DNA of 29,799 bases from a virus (lineage: Duplodnaviria; Caudoviricetes): IMG/VR virus record IMGVR_UViG_3300013131_000177, positions 1 to 29,799 of that record; one strand, written 5' to 3'. How positions within the stretch are numbered: the stretch's first letter is position 1; every line of letters starts with the position of its first letter. Shown here piece after piece: positions 7,552 to 16,900 of this stretch. A model generated the notes under the pieces. It ran no database searches. It was given only the letters and a program-made list of their open reading frames with translations, and was not told the DNA's origin. The position numbers were made by a program, and so were the translations under genes.

Positions 7552-8864
7552 TGGCTGAAGATATTGGCGTAACAGGTTCGAAGAATTTTGATGTGAAGGT
7601 TCTGGAGATTATTAACTCTGGAGGTCAGACTGTTGACATTCGAAAGATCTATATCGAGATTCAATTGTTTCAAGATATCTTTTCCTCGGTGATGAGTGGC
7701 AGTGTTGTAATACAAGATGGTCACGATATTTTCAGCAACTTTTATTTTTGCGGTAATGAGTATCTTAAATTATCAATCGATAAACCATCGCTCGGTAAAC
7801 CAATTGAAAAGATCTTTAGAATTTATAAAAGCGCAAAACGAGCACCAGCATCAGACTCTGGACAATCTTTCTTACTTTATTTTTGCTCTGAAGAATTGAT
7901 ATTCTCTAATCAAAAGAAAGTGAGTAAAGCATATAAAGGAAAGAAAACTATAGATATCGTTCGCGATATTTTGTTGAGCGAATTAAAAGTTGATCCATCA
8001 AGAATTAAAAAGATGGATACGACAAGCGGTGTTTATGACTTAGTTGTTCCTGGAATGTCCCCCCTCGAAGTAATTCAGTGGGCTGCTTCTCGTTCATATG
8101 ATGCAAGCAAGCCACCAAAATATTGCTATTTCTTTTACGAGGACCGCGACGGATTTCAGTTCAGATCTTACAATACTTTAATCAAAGAAAAACCACTCAA
8201 AACACTAAAGTACGAAATTAAGACCGTCGATCAAGATCCAGCGAATAACAAAGACTCTATTGATGCCTTTGAGATTCGTGGAGAGTTTGATGTAATTAAA
8301 AATTTACAAAATGGTGGCTATGCCTCTAGACTTCTATCAGTGGATATCTTTAGTCAATCATTCTCTTATCATGATTATTCAATTGAAGCAGCAGAAGCGC
8401 AGAATAATCTTTTAAACAAATTCAAGCCAACTAATGCTCTTAAGAATATGGATAAGAAAGCAATCACTGCTGCTCATGATTCTTTATTTCTCACAAATGT
8501 CGCAATTAATGATACAGCCTCTGAAAAATCAAACGATAGAGACAAATGGATGATGAACCGCGCACTGCATATGACGGCAATGCATAATATTCGAATTAAA
8601 GTTGTGATTCCTGGAGATATATTTCTAAAAGCTGGTGAAGTGGTTAAGTACGAGTTTCCAAAATTTGAAGGTGCAGATGCAAAGGGTAAAACACCAGATG
8701 AATATCGCACAGGGAATTATCTTGTCTCTGCCATTTGCCATAAGTTTTCTGGAATGGATAAGGGAGATTTCGAGAGCATTGTTGAACTAGTTTCTGATTC
8801 GTTCTCAAAACAACTCCCTGCTGCAAAAGATGGACTTGAAAAAGTCACGAGTAAATTCTCATGA
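7551..8864 (+). CDS. Probable baseplate hub protein (gp27-like)
   Basis: Lies between gp53 and gp5. IQLFQDIFSSVMSGSVVIQD, YFFYEDRDGFQF, PGDIFLKAG and GNYLVSAICHKF fit gp27/GpD-like hub proteins. Start placed at the ATG (7551) overlapping the gp53 TGA rather than GTG 7548. Confidence 0.7.
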   Translation: MAEDIGVTGSKNFDVKVLEIINSGGQTVDIRKIYIEIQLFQDIFSSVMSGSVVIQDGHDIFSNFYFCGNEYLKLSIDKPSLGKPIEKIFRIYKSAKRAPASDSGQSFLLYFCSEELIFSNQKKVSKAYKGKKTIDIVRDILLSELKVDPSRIKKMDTTSGVYDLVVPGMSPLEVIQWAASRSYDASKPPKYCYFFYEDRDGFQFRSYNTLIKEKPLKTLKYEIKTVDQDPANNKDSIDAFEIRGEFDVIKNLQNGGYASRLLSVDIFSQSFSYHDYSIEAAEAQNNLLNKFKPTNALKNMDKKAITAAHDSLFLTNVAINDTASEKSNDRDKWMMNRALHMTAMHNIRIKVVIPGDIFLKAGEVVKYEFPKFEGADAKGKTPDEYRTGNYLVSAICHKFSGMDKGDFESIVELVSDSFSKQLPAAKDGLEKVTSKFS

Positions 8865-10564
8865 AGGCTCGCAAAAATTTTATTGGTCTTGAGGGATTTG
8901 TTTGGTGGATAGGTGTTGTGGAAGATCGACAGGATCCTGAGCAGCTTGGTCGTGTTCGCGTTCGTTGTTTTGGTTGGCATACTGAAGATAAGAAAAAAAT
9001 TCCAACCGATGTTCTTCCATGGGCACATCCAATCACTCCAGTAAATCATCCAGCTGTTTATACTCCAAAAGAAGGTGATATGGTGTTTGGTTTCTTTATG
9101 GATGGTGATGATGCACAAAACCCAGTTATCATGGGTGTTCTTCCAGGTAAGCCAGAAAAGAAACCAAAGTATGAAGATGGATTCGCTGATCCACGAAAGA
9201 GTTTTGGTAATGCACCAAAACGACCAGATGATAGTGATGAAGCCTATCCAAAATCCAAGTATTTAAAAGAAGCAACAACGAATCGTCTTGCTCGCGGCAA
9301 AGCAGACAGCACAATTATTGCAACAAGAAAAAAGAATCTCAAAAAAGGTGTCAAGTCTGCAGGTGGTGTGACTTGGTCAGAGCCAGCACCAGCATTCTCA
9401 CCAAAATATCCATACAATTATGCACTCGAAACAGAATCTGGTCATGCATTTGAATTAGATGATACTCCAGGAAAGGAAAGAATACACCTAGCCCATCGCA
9501 ATGGATCGTACTTTGAAGTTGACAAAGATGGTAATAAAGTTGAAAGAGTGCAAAAAGACAATTATGAAGTGATCATGGGCGATGATTTTCTTTATGTAAA
9601 AGGCAAAGCCGTTATTACAGTTGAGGGTAATTTCAATCTGAAAACAGCAACGGTGAATATTGAAGCCGCAGCAATTAATATGTCAGCTGATGGTGCAATT
9701 AAGATAAAAGGTAGTTCAGTAAACATTGAATCTACAGGTTCAATAGACTTCAAGGCTGGTGGTGGTGGCAAATTTACCGCAGGAGGTCGTTTGGATCTCA
9801 AGGGTTCTACAGCAGGTCTTGCTGGATCTGTTGTTGACATTCCTGCAAGTAAAGTCAATCTTCAGGGTGGTTCTGTTGCTTCAGCTTCTGGTGCAGGAAT
9901 TACTGGTGGCGGAACTCAAGCTGGTGCAGGTGAAGCATCTGATGCAAATGCCGCTCAAACTGCAGCAACTGCAGCAGGAAATAACGCAGTCTCAACATTG
10001 GGTGGAAACTTTGCAGCTGCAGCTTCTGCCGCAGCAGGAACAGTTGCTGGAGCTGCAGCAAATGCAGCAAGCGCAGTCACTTCTGCTGTAAGCGCAGCCA
10101 CCTCTGCTGTAAGTGGTGCAACTGCTGGTGGTGGTGCGCTCGGTGGTCTATCTGGAAGCACTCTTGGTAAGTCAGTGAATGGATTGACTTCTTCTGTTTC
10201 TGGTGTTGTTGGCGATCTAAAGGCAACTCTCGATTCTACAATAAAGGATCTTGGTTCCACATTGCCAATCGGAGAAATCACAGCCAAGGTAGCAAACGCT
10301 GAATCTGCAATTAATACTGCAAGGGGAGATATTTTATCTCTAACTGGGTCTTCGAAGAGCGATATTTTAGGAAAGATCACTCAAGTTGCAACAGGTGCAG
10401 CAGAAAAGAACATACCGTTTAGTATTGATATTGATGTTCAGAATGAGATAAACAAAGTTAAAAATCAAGGATTAAACGAGATCGTAACCATAACTGGAAA
10501 ACGACTGTATCCAAAGACTGAAACCGTAGACATTACCCCAACCTCGGCAAACACAGGAGGATAA
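8861..10564 (+). CDS. gp5: Baseplate central spike (gp5-like), no lysozyme domain, long C-terminal extension
   Basis: OB-fold N-terminus (WWIGVVEDRQDPEQLGRVRVRCFGWH, LPWA, VFGFFMDG), YPYN...ESGHAFELDDTPGKERI, beta-helix repeats to ~9870, then ~230 aa rich in Ala/Gly/Ser. Confidence 0.9.
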   Translation: MKARKNFIGLEGFVWWIGVVEDRQDPEQLGRVRVRCFGWHTEDKKKIPTDVLPWAHPITPVNHPAVYTPKEGDMVFGFFMDGDDAQNPVIMGVLPGKPEKKPKYEDGFADPRKSFGNAPKRPDDSDEAYPKSKYLKEATTNRLARGKADSTIIATRKKNLKKGVKSAGGVTWSEPAPAFSPKYPYNYALETESGHAFELDDTPGKERIHLAHRNGSYFEVDKDGNKVERVQKDNYEVIMGDDFLYVKGKAVITVEGNFNLKTATVNIEAAAINMSADGAIKIKGSSVNIESTGSIDFKAGGGGKFTAGGRLDLKGSTAGLAGSVVDIPASKVNLQGGSVASASGAGITGGGTQAGAGEASDANAAQTAATAAGNNAVSTLGGNFAAAASAAAGTVAGAAANAASAVTSAVSAATSAVSGATAGGGALGGLSGSTLGKSVNGLTSSVSGVVGDLKATLDSTIKDLGSTLPIGEITAKVANAESAINTARGDILSLTGSSKSDILGKITQVATGAAEKNIPFSIDIDVQNEINKVKNQGLNEIVTITGKRLYPKTETVDITPTSANTGG

Positions 10565-10565
10565 A

Positions 10566-11447
10566 ATGGGATTTGTAACAAAGGCAGAAGCATATATCAT
10601 CTCGGAACTCAAATCAACGATTATGGACCGCCTTCATATGGGCGGTTCTTTCTTGCAGCAGATTCCTACTGTAACGATCGGTGGGCTTCCTGTTGCAATT
10701 AAACAAGGTGGGCTTGGAGCGATCGGCGGTCAACTTGGTGGAGTCATCTCTCAAGTTCAGGCTGCTGCTGGAGCAATCACTGCAATCACTCAAAATCCGA
10801 TGTCGTTAGTAGAGGGTGCAATTAATTCTCAAATTTCAGGATTGAGCAGTCAAATTACTGCTGTTACTGGCAAACTTTCTGGTGGACAATTAAGCGCATT
10901 AACCAACGGAATCACTGGTATACAGAATGCATTAACAGATTTTCAGGCTCACACTCAATTACTTTCAGGTCAAGCAACCTCTATTTCAGATACGATTCCT
11001 GATTTTAACAAACTTAAAGACGCAGGAAGCAATCTGGGTGGATTGACAGGAGAAAGCCCAAGTAGTTTTATTCAAAATACTGCTTCTGCACTATTCTCAG
11101 ATACTAAACTAACGAACATATCCAACTCTCTACAGTATGTGGTTGGACAAAAATTAGATCAAATCTCTCGATTAGATTCAGTTACCGATGCAGCGCAAAT
11201 AACCACTCTTGTTGGCGATTGCCAACTCCTTATAAATAATCATGCAAATACTATGAACGCTGTGGTTGACTCTGATACGCATGCATTTAACGAAGCAAGC
11301 AATACTTTAACCTCTGCAACAACAGTAGTTGGTATGGCTTCTCAGTTCACAGATACAAGCAGTGTCGGATATGCATTGTTTAGTCGAATCGGAACTGCGA
11401 GCGCAAAGACGGCATTTAATACTGCAGCGTCTGCAACGGAAACCTAA
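10566..11447 (+). CDS. Hypothetical virion protein, Ala/Gly/Ser/Thr/Gln-rich, probably helical
   Basis: 293-aa ORF with a strong AGGAGG RBS, tightly packed between gp5 and gp25. No family recognised. Confidence 0.8.
   Translation: MGFVTKAEAYIISELKSTIMDRLHMGGSFLQQIPTVTIGGLPVAIKQGGLGAIGGQLGGVISQVQAAAGAITAITQNPMSLVEGAINSQISGLSSQITAVTGKLSGGQLSALTNGITGIQNALTDFQAHTQLLSGQATSISDTIPDFNKLKDAGSNLGGLTGESPSSFIQNTASALFSDTKLTNISNSLQYVVGQKLDQISRLDSVTDAAQITTLVGDCQLLINNHANTMNAVVDSDTHAFNEASNTLTSATTVVGMASQFTDTSSVGYALFSRIGTASAKTAFNTAASATET
11231..11238 (+). promoter_or_regulatory. Candidate late promoter for gp25-gp6
   Basis: Exact TATAAATA about 210 nt upstream of the gp25 start. Confidence 0.55.
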
Positions 11448-11449
11448 AG

Positions 11450-11842
11450 ATGGGATTATCAACAAGAACATTTAGTGATATTGATATGGATTTTATGCCA
11501 AATCCGATCACCGAAGATATTCTTAAAAAGACGAACGAAAATGCGATCGCTCAGTCTATTGGCAATCTCTTACAGACTGCACATTATGAGAGACTATTTA
11601 ATCCAGAAATCGGATGCAATCTGAAGAGATATTTGTTCGAACCGATCGATAATATTACAACGAATAACATCACCGAAGAAATTACAAAAACAATTATTAA
11701 TTATGAGACAAGAGTGCAGTTGTTAGATGTGGTTGTGACGCCCGATTATGAGAATAATGGGTACAGTGTTTCAATTAAATTTATTATTCGTAATGATCCG
11801 CAACCAATTACAATTACCTTTTTCCTAGAACGAGTAAGATAA
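11450..11842 (+). CDS. gp25: Baseplate wedge subunit / sheath initiator
   Basis: FSDIDMDF, AIAQSIGNLLQT, ERLFNPEIG, LFEP, YETRV and C-terminal LERVR. Confidence 0.93.
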   Translation: MGLSTRTFSDIDMDFMPNPITEDILKKTNENAIAQSIGNLLQTAHYERLFNPEIGCNLKRYLFEPIDNITTNNITEEITKTIINYETRVQLLDVVVTPDYENNGYSVSIKFIIRNDPQPITITFFLERVR

Positions 11843-11843
11843 C

Positions 11844-13907
11844 ATGGCAAATATTGATGCAAAACTTCAAGTTGCTGAATTAGATTTCGATACAATCAAG
11901 CGAAATCTAAAAGAGTTCATGCAGGCTCAATCAGAGTTTAGCGACTACAACTTCGAAGGCTCAGGTTTGTCTACGCTTCTCGATGTTCTTGCATATAATA
12001 CTCATTATATGGGTTACTATCTGAATATGGTAGCCAATGAAATGTTTATTGATACTGCACTTACTCGTGGCGCAGTTGTTTCTCATGCCAAACTTTTAGG
12101 GTATACTCCTCGTTCTCGCGTTGCATCGAAGGCTGCAGTTGATTTAACAATCACTCCAGTCGCGAACGATTCAAATAGTTCTATTGTAATTCCTCGTTTT
12201 ACGCGATTTATTTCTGAAACAAAGGATGGTGTCAACTATATCTTCGTAACACCATCGGCTCGTATTGTATCTAAAAATACAACAACTGGGCTATTCAATG
12301 TTGAGAATTTACAAATTAAAGAAGGTCAGCCAGTAACATTCTCATATACTTACAATTCTCAAACAAATCCAAATCAAGTATTCGAATTGCAAGACAGCGG
12401 CATTGATACTTCCACACTATTTGTTGCAGTTCAGAAATCAACTCAAAATGCAAATCTAGAAACATTTGTGTTAGCGCAGGATGCGACTGATGTTGATGAG
12501 AGTGCAGCAGTTTACTATCTCGAAGAAAACAAAAATGGTCGCTATCAAATTTATTTTGGCGATGATGTGATTGGTAAGAAACTTTCAGACGGAAATATTG
12601 TCATTGTTTCTTATGTTGTCACCTCTGGTTTATCTGCCAACGGACTCAAATCATTCCGTTTACTCGATAGCATTTTAACGAATGCAACGACAACAGTTAC
12701 ACTACGCAGTGAATCTTCTGCAGGTGCTTTAGCAGAAACAATTGATCAAATTAAATTTACAGCACCAAAGTCTTACATTGCACAAAATCGTGCGGTAACA
12801 AAGAATGATTATATTGCATTAATTAATCGGGATTATCCATACTTCGAAGCAGTTAATGTTTGGGGTGGAGAAGATAATGATCCTCCAGTATTTGGTAAAG
12901 TATTCTTCACAGCAAAACCACTCGGTGGATATGAGATCACCACAACAGAAATTGAATTTGTAAAGAACAACGTAATTAAACCATTCTCTGTTTTAACAGT
13001 AACGCCAGAGTATGTTGCTGCTGACTATAATTATCTGAATCTCTCTGTTGATGTAAATTTCGATCCGACAAAAACAAATAAAACTGCAGAAGAAGTAAAA
13101 ACAACAGTTGTTAATGCAGTTCGTAATTTTGCAAATACCAGTTTAGATACTTTTAATAACTCATTTAAGGTTTCTCAGTTATCTCGTGTAATCGATGATT
13201 CTGAAAATTCAATCACCAGCAATGATGTTAAGGTTTTAATTGAGAAAAGATTTGCGCCAGACACAACTCGTTCACAAAGTTATTCAATTAATTTTGGTAC
13301 AGAACTGCAGCAAGGCACAACTCTTCAACGACTTACATCAACACCATCGTTCACCTATGTTGATAGTTCAAATGTTGAAAGAGAATGTTTTATTGAAGAA
13401 GTTCTTCAGTCATATACTGGTGTTGAAGAAATCGAAGTTACTGCTCCAGGTAGTGGCTTTATTACAACACCATCCGTTATCATTGAGGGTGATGGTTCAG
13501 GTGCAGCTGCACAAGCACTCGTTGTAAATGGATCAATACGAAAGATTCAAATCGTAAATGCTGGCACAGGTTATACCTCTGCAACAGCAAGAATTGAAGG
13601 CGGTGGTGGAACTGGTGCAGTATTGCGACCAATATTACAGGGAAGATACGGTCAACTAAAAATCTTTACTATTGTGAATAGTATTAAGAAAACAGTTGTT
13701 GAAAATATTGGCACAATTAATTATAAAACTGGTTTGGTAACTCTAAATAATTTCTTCCCAACTGCAGTTTCTGATCCATTTGGCACTCTTGTAATTAAAG
13801 CCACACCAACAAAAAAGATATTCTCATCAGAAAGAAATAGAATTATAACTCTTGATCTATCTGACCCTACTGCATTGGCAGTCACTGTAAACGCAATTAT
13901 TGAGTAA
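11844..13907 (+). CDS. gp6: Baseplate wedge subunit
   Basis: ELDFDTIK, FSDYNFEGSGLSTLLDVLAYNTHY, AKLLGYTPRS, YFGDDVIGK, QNRAVTKNDY, VWGGEDN and GTINYKTG. Confidence 0.96.
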   Translation: MANIDAKLQVAELDFDTIKRNLKEFMQAQSEFSDYNFEGSGLSTLLDVLAYNTHYMGYYLNMVANEMFIDTALTRGAVVSHAKLLGYTPRSRVASKAAVDLTITPVANDSNSSIVIPRFTRFISETKDGVNYIFVTPSARIVSKNTTTGLFNVENLQIKEGQPVTFSYTYNSQTNPNQVFELQDSGIDTSTLFVAVQKSTQNANLETFVLAQDATDVDESAAVYYLEENKNGRYQIYFGDDVIGKKLSDGNIVIVSYVVTSGLSANGLKSFRLLDSILTNATTTVTLRSESSAGALAETIDQIKFTAPKSYIAQNRAVTKNDYIALINRDYPYFEAVNVWGGEDNDPPVFGKVFFTAKPLGGYEITTTEIEFVKNNVIKPFSVLTVTPEYVAADYNYLNLSVDVNFDPTKTNKTAEEVKTTVVNAVRNFANTSLDTFNNSFKVSQLSRVIDDSENSITSNDVKVLIEKRFAPDTTRSQSYSINFGTELQQGTTLQRLTSTPSFTYVDSSNVERECFIEEVLQSYTGVEEIEVTAPGSGFITTPSVIIEGDGSGAAAQALVVNGSIRKIQIVNAGTGYTSATARIEGGGGTGAVLRPILQGRYGQLKIFTIVNSIKKTVVENIGTINYKTGLVTLNNFFPTAVSDPFGTLVIKATPTKKIFSSERNRIITLDLSDPTALAVTVNAIIE

Positions 13908-13911
13908 TAAT

Positions 13912-16900
13912 ATGGCGGCAGCTGAAAAAACTATATCAGCACTCGTTCAGACACAACTTCCCGATTTTATTAACGGGAGTCATCCTCAATTCAAGCGTTT
14001 CATTGAATTGTACTATGAGTGGTTAGAACAAAATGCTCCTGCTGGAATGTCAAACACAGCAGGAAATACAATCTATCATGCCATGCAAATTGGTGATTAT
14101 AGAGATATCGATGAAACTCCTGATGAGTTTATTCGATATTTTAAAGATGAATTATTACCACATTTCCCAGAAAATCCTTCGCTCGACATTAAAAAGATTC
14201 TCAAGAGCGCAAGAGAGTATTACAATAAAAAGGGTAGCGAAGAATCACTCAAGTGGTTATTCAAAGCATTATATGATACTGATCTAGAAGTTAATTATCC
14301 AAAAGAACAGATTTTGATTGCATCAGATGGTAAATGGAAAAAGCCAAGAGCATTTCGAATTACTGTCGGCGAGTCGAATAAAAATGTTGATGTTAATCTT
14401 CTAGAGAGAAAACTTGTAATCGGTACTATTTCTGGTGCGACTTGTATTATTGAGTCTGCAAATCGTACGATTGATGAAACAAATGGTAGAGAAATTATTG
14501 AGATCTATATCTCAAACATCACCAAATACTTCAATAATGGTGAAGATATTGTTGTAGATTATGTCGACGCAAATGGTGTCGATAAAGTATTCCGCGAAAG
14601 AATTATTGGTACTCTATCAAACATTCGCGTCGATTCAAACATTCGTACTGATCCAACACAGCGCCGCCGTGGATTGCTCTACAATGTTGGTGATCCAGTT
14701 GTAATTACTGGAGGTCTCGGCACCTCTGCAGAAGCAAACGATGCTGCTGCGCTCGTTGGTAATGTGACTCGTGGCTCTATTGAAGCAGTCACACCAACAT
14801 TTTTAGGGTATGGATATCGCGAGTATTATAACACACAAGTTTTTGTGATAAGAACTCTTGGTGTTGATGACGATGAAGCAAACTCGTCGACAGATCTTCG
14901 AGTTATTGCTCTGAATACATCTGCTTGCACATCAAATAGCCAAAAGAATTATTTGGAATCTATCAATTATGATAGAACCTCTATTGAATTTTTAGAAGAT
15001 ACTGTAATCAGTTCAGCTAATTTTGCTCCAATGACACCGAATAATATTAATATTATTCTAAATGCAACTGAAGACGATTATACTGATTATTTCGAAAATT
15101 TTGAGAAAGTTTGGGCAAATGGTACTAATCAAACTGATGCATTATTTGTTGGTTATATTGCAACTCCGAATGGCAACACCAAACTTACTGGTACAGTAAA
15201 TGTTTATAGTACCAATGGAACGGTTTGGGGATCAAACACAATATTCTCATATGAATTAAAAACAGGACAAACATTAAGAGTCGAAGGCGAAGATCAAGTT
15301 ATCTCCGCTATCACAAACAATGAACACCTCACTGTTACTTCTGCATATTCTGCAACTGTAACAAATAAAAATGCTTATAGAATTGGTGTATTTGCCGATT
15401 ATGTTGGTCCAGATGCAACATCAGCGCTGTTAATATATGATGCACAATACAGTGGATCATTGGCTCAAATCTTGTCAGGTCCAGGTGCAACATTAGCAGC
15501 TGTGAACAGTGGCAAAGTGTGGACTATTGCAGCAGTATCCGCTCCATATGGCGTTCCAATTCCTGCAAATGCAGATTCAATGTTAGTACAAGCACTAGAT
15601 TTCGAAACTGTCAATACTGGCGGCATTTCTGCGATCTCAGTTCTTGAAGGTGGTTTTGGATTCCGTGCAGAACCATCTCTTCAAATTCGTTCTCATTATG
15701 ATACTAACTGGTCTGAAGATTATGATTACAATAACCCACTAGAACAGGATGATAAACTTGCAATATGGCAAGATTTTTCTGACCTTGGAATATTGGCTCA
15801 TATTCGCATTAATAGTGGTGGTACAGAATATACTGCTGGTGATGGGTTAATCTTTGTTGGTCGTGGTTATGGTGCAAATGGATATGTTCAATCTGTTGCT
15901 TCAAACGGAGCAATTACCTCTATTATTCTTGATAATCGAGGAGAGGGGTATCTAGAGCGACCAGAAGTTATTGTAAATCGTTCTGCAGTAAGTTATGACA
16001 CGCTGACTGGAACTACAACTGTAAACAATAGAAGTAGAGTTGTTACTGGATCTTCAACAACCTTCTTATCAGATCTTTCAAATAAGAGCGTAATTCGGAT
16101 TAATAGTGAAGTGCGTAGAGTTGTGGCGATCACAAACAATACAATATTGACAGTCAATTCTGAGTTTACTTCAAATGCAACGGGTCAGACAATTCAGAGA
16201 AGAGACGGTGACGAGGCTACTCTTACAGGGTATCTATTCGGTGATGGTTTCGAAGAAACAATTGACACTTCAGCAATCGGTCGCGTTCAAGATATTCGCT
16301 TGCTGTATCGTGGATATGATTATGTTTCTACTCCAACAGTTTCGCTGAAAGTTGTTGATACTGTCGTAGATGCTCTTGATGAAGCAGATACTGTTTACGA
16401 ACAAGAATATATCTACCAAGGGACAACACTACAGAACTCAACATTCCGTGCAAATGTGAAATCGTATAATCGCACAACGAATGTTCTTCGCCTTTACAAT
16501 TATTCTGGAACAATTAATGTTGATCAATCGCTAGTTACTGCAAATAATCTTTATATTGATGTAGATACTACTGAGAGAGTTCCAGTTCCCGTTCGTGGTG
16601 TGCTTGTTGGTACTGGACCATCAACATTCTATCCAGAATCTATTGCTGACCTCCCAAATCCGATGTATTATGGTAATGGTCGCGCTCGTGCCAATGCACA
16701 ATTTGCTAACGGTCTTATCGAGTTTAATGGATTCTTCTTGAACACAGACGGGTTTCCAAGCGCAGATAAAGTGTTACAAGATAATACAATCTATCACAAT
16801 TTCTCATATATCATTCAAGCAGAAAAAGATCTTATAGAATATGAAAATATGATAAAGAACATTTCACATCCTGCAGGAATGTCACTCACAGCAAAACGAA

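Noticed and set aside
8474-10380. Short overlapping ORFs in the gp27-like and gp5 genes
   Set aside because: Fully overlap well-supported genes; the antisense frames stay open because of codon bias.
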